DNA of 64,000 nt from Schmidtea nova (taxonomy: Eukaryota), in NCBI GenBank assembly GCA_044892505.1, contig CM097882.1:320230001-320294000 (forward strand), written 5' to 3'. The notes under the pieces are model-generated. The model did no database searches. It was given only the letters and a program-made list of their open reading frames with translations, and was not told where the DNA came from. Made by a program: the position numbers and the translations under genes. Shown here piece by piece: positions 60,371 to 64,000 of this stretch (positions within the stretch are counted from its first letter, which is position 1; the number at the start of each line of letters is the position of its first letter).

Positions 60371-60895
60371 TATCATCATATTATTATTATTATTGTTGTT
60401 CGTGAAAACTACAGAAGAAGAAAAAGCTTTATCAGCTTGCCAATCGACGCATCCTTTCCGAAGAGAAGATAGTACTTGCTCGAGTGACAGTGAAATATGT
60501 GGTAGCTTCAACAATGAATTTAACCAAATTCAAATGCAATGTTAACAGTGTTCTCCAAAACACGATTTGTCAAAACCTGATTTGATAAAAAAATAAAATT
60601 GAAAAAAATCTATGAAATAGTTAAATGTCAAAATAAAACAATTATGAAAACACAGTATGAACAAATTAGATGTCAAAATCAAACAAACCAACTCGAAAAC
60701 GAAAATACAGTATTAATATTACATTATATCAGTATATTCATCCTAATAATGATCTTGCTAATATCAGCTTCAATATGGCTTGAGAAAATGTCTAAGGTTC
60801 CTACGAATAATATTGCTACAAATAATATACATATGAATAATATTCCTATGAATAATTTTCAATCAAAATTTTGTACACGTGATCAACGTTATTAA
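60303..60895 (+). pseudogene. Putative type-I membrane glycoprotein, copy B (signal peptide, Cys-rich ectodomain, TM helix, NNIPM-like tail)
   Basis: Two adjacent ORFs separated by a stop and a frameshift in an A run. NKT and NQT sequons; hydrophobic LHYISIFILIMILLISASIWL. Confidence 0.65.
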
Positions 60896-61569
60896 TAAAT
60901 ATATTTTTTTATTTTGTCTTAGTCTTTGTCTTTATTAATTTATAAGTCATTATTATTATCAAGATGCGCGGGCATTGCAATGTCTTTGATAACTTTCATT
61001 TGCATTGCAATATCTTTGTTTAAATAGCGGTAGCAAATTCTTTTCGAACACACACCATTAAGGGTTTGACCATGAAACTTATTATATATATATATATATA
61101 TATATATTATAAGGTTTGAAAAAATTTGAAATTTTGTTATCCTTTGAAGGTTTAGCACCCACCATTAACCTTAGAAAATATGACCATGATACTTAAATTT
61201 CAAATACCTTTCGAATGATATGTATATTATTAGGGTTTAACATTTTTGAACCTTGGACCCTCGAACTCACAAACAAAATTCATTTTGAATGATATATAAC
61301 TTGTAAGGTTCGAAATTATTTGAAGGTCTTTTACCCTTTGAGAGTCGAGCACCCACCATAGACCTTCGAAGGTATGACCATCATACTCACCCTNNNNNNN
61401 NNNNNNNNNNNNNNNNNNNNNNNNNNNNNNNNNNNNNNNNNNNNNNNNNNNNNNNNNNNNNNNNNNNNNNNNNNNNNNNNNNNNNNNNNNNNNNNNNNNN
61501 NNNNNNNNNNNNNNNNNNNNNNNNNNNNNNNNNNNNNNNNNNNNNNNNNNNNNNNNNNNNNNNTTGAAA

Positions 61570-64000
61570 GTTGTCTGGTTATTTATTTTCTTTAAATGTA
61601 CGTGTAAGTGAAGGAAAATTTGTAGAGCCCGAGAGAGTCAGCCCGATTATTGTGGGGACACTCGGGGTGTATGTTGTGTTGTGAAATTGCGGAAATTTGA
61701 AACAATAAAATAATAACAAACTAATAACAATTCAATTAATATCACAATAGATATATAGGAGTTAATTGAAAATATATATTGAAAATATTTAAGTACAAAC
61801 AGTAACCTCTTCAATTGGAGAGTTAATTGGAGGGATCTGTATTAGTTTTCGAATGTTAATTGAAGGTATTTGTATTCTTTAAAAGATTTTCTTTTCGTAA
61901 GCTTGATAATATTTGTTGCCGATATTGGAGGGATTTTAATTGGGATCTTAATTGGAAGGATCTGTATTCTTTAAAAGGTTTTCTTTTCGTAAGCTGGATA
62001 ATATTTTTCTTATTTATTTTCTCTTGGTTATTTGTTTAATTTTTTCCCGTTTTCGAATCGATTTTTCGAATTAATTATTTTAGCTTACTATAGTTTCCTA
62101 TAGTAAGCTATTTGAATTTGATAATTCAAATTTTATTTAAATTATTTTATTATTTTTAATATAATAATAAAAGTCAGCATTATAACAAAATAAAGGGGGG
62201 GTCCCTGGTGACCGCAAAGGCACCGTCCATCACAATGACGGCGCTTACAACCTCATACGCAAATAACCATATAAAAATAACTATAAAATATGACATTCCC
62301 CCTTTAAAACCGGAGGTTAACAATAGAATAAAAATTAACATTTATATTTGAACCACTTTTACAAATTACTCAAAATTTACATTTTTACACAAACGGTAAC
62401 TTAAAACTTTTTTATTCTTTTTTTGTTTTATTATGTTTTGTTTTTTTGTTTTGTTTTGTTGCTTACAACGTTTTAACTATAACATTTACATATTTACACA
62501 AAAATCAAAACTGTACATTTCACTGTGTTGTGCTTGTGTTTTGCTTGCGTATGTTTGTGTATTTTTATTTGAGGCATTCGCTATAGCGTTTTTTGTAAAG
62601 GGGTGTGATTATTGTGTCCTTGTCGAACAGTTTTATTGAGTTTTTGTAGTTGAATGTGATGTGTTTGTGTTTTGTTTGAGTTTTTGTTTGTGTCGGGGCT
62701 TTTTCTTTTGTGGGGTTGTTTGAGATGTTTTGCTTGTTGTGGTACGGTTTTGTTTTACGTAAATTTATTCTTGTTTTATTGTTGTTTTTTATTATTGTGG
62801 CCACGTTTTTGTTGATTTCGAGTATTTTGAATGGGCCTTCGTATTCGTCTTCGGGATCTTTTGAGTATGGCTTCTTTATTAGTAGGTAATCGGTTGTTAG
62901 TATGGTCTTGCCATCATTCTCTGAGTTTGGTCTCATTTTCAGTATTCCTTTTTATTTGTTTTCGATGTTCTCACTGTTTTTGGGTGTTATTTGTTTATTT
63001 GTTTCTTCGTTATTTATTTCGTTTGTTTTCTTGTCGAAACTTACTGGTGCGATAAGTTTGTCGGCTTTTCCCAGTAATGTATTTATTTCTGTATTTATTT
63101 CTGATTTGTAGTTCATTGAATCCATTTGGATAACACCAATGTCTATTTTCGGTTTTCCTCCATTGTTCGTGTTGTGCTGTGGTTCTGTAGTATTAGTATT
63201 ATTTTCTAATATTTGTTTGTTTTTACAATCAACTAAGAGGTTGTAATTTGTTAGGAAGTCTGCTCCTATTATCGCTTGTTGGACCTCAGCTATTGTGAAT
63301 GTCCAGTTGTAGTTCTTTTTGTTTATGTTTAACTTTATTTTTTGTTGCCCGAAAGTTTTTATGTTTGTGCCGTTAACTGCTGTTAATGGTTTTTCAGTTT
63401 TGTTGGCACTTTTGTACATAGGATGGGGCAGTAGTGAGATCACCAAGCCGGTGTCTATTAAAAAATCTATGTTGTTGCTGTGCACCCAAAATGTGTTGTT
63501 TTTGTCACCTGATGTGGGTGCTATCATTGGTGACCTTATTGGTTTCCCTGCTCTGTTTTATTGAATTCGCAGGGTTGTGTGCATTTAAATGCTTTTTCAC
63601 CGAATTTTTTGTGGAAATAGCAAAGGTTTTTGTTTTGGTAATTGTTTCTTGGGTCTCTTTCTGGGCTTCTGTTTCGGTAGTTGTTGTCTCGATTTGGGGA
63701 GTTTGACCGGTTTCTGTAATTGTTGTTTAGTGATTGACTGCGGCTGTAGTTTTGTCGGTTTTGACCGTCTGATGGTAGGTCTCTGTTGTAGTTATATCTG
63801 TTGTAATTGTCGTATGATTGTGTTGAGTTGGAGGTCTGTTTATTACAACGTTCTTTTATTTCGGCTAGTTCTGTTTTAATTTGTCTGTTTTCGACTATGA
63901 TTTCGTCGAATTTGCCGATTAGGGTGTTTAATAGTTTGTTCATGTTGTCGTTTGTTTCGTTGTTTTTGTTGTATGCGGGGTTATTGTAGTGCGGTTTGTT
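61570..64000 (-). mobile_element. Gypsy (CsRn1-like gag) LTR retrotransposon with gag and protease intact but RT/RNase H/integrase core deleted; 5' end outside the window
   Basis: Gag ends LCYFHKKFGEKAFKCTQPCEF; protease FLIDTG; joined directly to the integrase tail YEGPFKIL. The PPT AAAGGGGGAA is followed by TGT, the LTR start at 62295. The left LTR limit is approximate. Confidence 0.85.
63509..63548 (-). promoter_or_regulatory. -1 programmed ribosomal frameshift signal at the gag/pro junction
   Basis: Slippery heptamer G GGA AAC (63548-63542), 7-nt spacer, then hairpin GTCACC-AA-TGAT-loop-ATCA-GGTGAC. The protease ORF is in the -1 frame relative to gag. Confidence 0.75.

Larger units (their letters stand above)
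56499..61393. mobile_element. Polinton/Maverick-like element, copy B (deleted, pseudogenised; right end lost in the gap)
   Basis: Starts AGTAGGTAGAAGT at 56499. Inverted repeat arrays at about 56690-57030 and 61090-61393. Contains PolB, ATPase, TBP-like, the ORF-2019 homologue and the glycoprotein, in the same order as copy A. Confidence 0.88.

Noticed and set aside
33167-60514. ORFs with poly-YI, poly-I, poly-N, poly-H or poly-M tracts
   Set aside because: Read-through of (AT)n, (AAT)n and (ATC)n microsatellites; not proteins.
18815-61595. ORFs containing X runs (for example 18815, 20696, 23345, 25424, 31642, 45418, 46354, 47259, 51485, 61374)
   Set aside because: Artefacts of N gaps. The only exception is the real DCDC1 exon sequence flanking the 43977-44168 gap.
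62831-63989. Several + strand hydrophobic ORFs
   Set aside because: Antisense shadows of the A/C-rich gag-pro coding strand.
1-64000. Capsid, adenain-like protease or Polinton RVE integrase genes; tRNA or rRNA genes
   Set aside because: None recognised. The integrases seen have Gypsy context (PPT, LTR, RT). Divergent capsid fragments could be missed by eye.

Overview
Very AT-rich eukaryotic (invertebrate) genomic window with about 11 assembly gaps, 41-70 nt minimal introns and many (AT)n/(AAT)n microsatellites. A flatworm such as a planarian is a guess only. One host gene is clear: a doublecortin-domain DCDC1 orthologue on the + strand, with exons from about 16.65 kb to at least 52.85 kb. 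Nearly everything else is mobile DNA. The main result is three related Polinton/Maverick-type elements sharing the terminus 5'-AGTAGGTAGA(A/T)GT. Copy A runs from the window start to 8921. Copy C spans 31104-38910 with TIRs and a 6-bp AAATAA target-site duplication, inside a DCDC1 intron. Copy B runs from 56499 to the gap at 61393. Copies A and B share a gene block: packaging ATPase (-), a divergently transcribed TATA-binding-protein-like gene (+), an unknown conserved ORF, and a type-I membrane glycoprotein-like gene next to a TIR rich in AP-1/CRE motifs. PolB fragments lie in B and C. A TBP-like gene in a Polinton-type element is the best candidate for an undescribed system. Also present: Penelope-like elements with minimal hammerhead ribozymes and fold-back structures, Gypsy remnants (one with a -1 frameshift signal), and hAT, Tc1, MULE, piggyBac, Helitron and Chapaev-like remnants. 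No rRNA, tRNA, CRISPR array or capsid gene was recognised. All family assignments come from motif recognition by eye, not from database searches.
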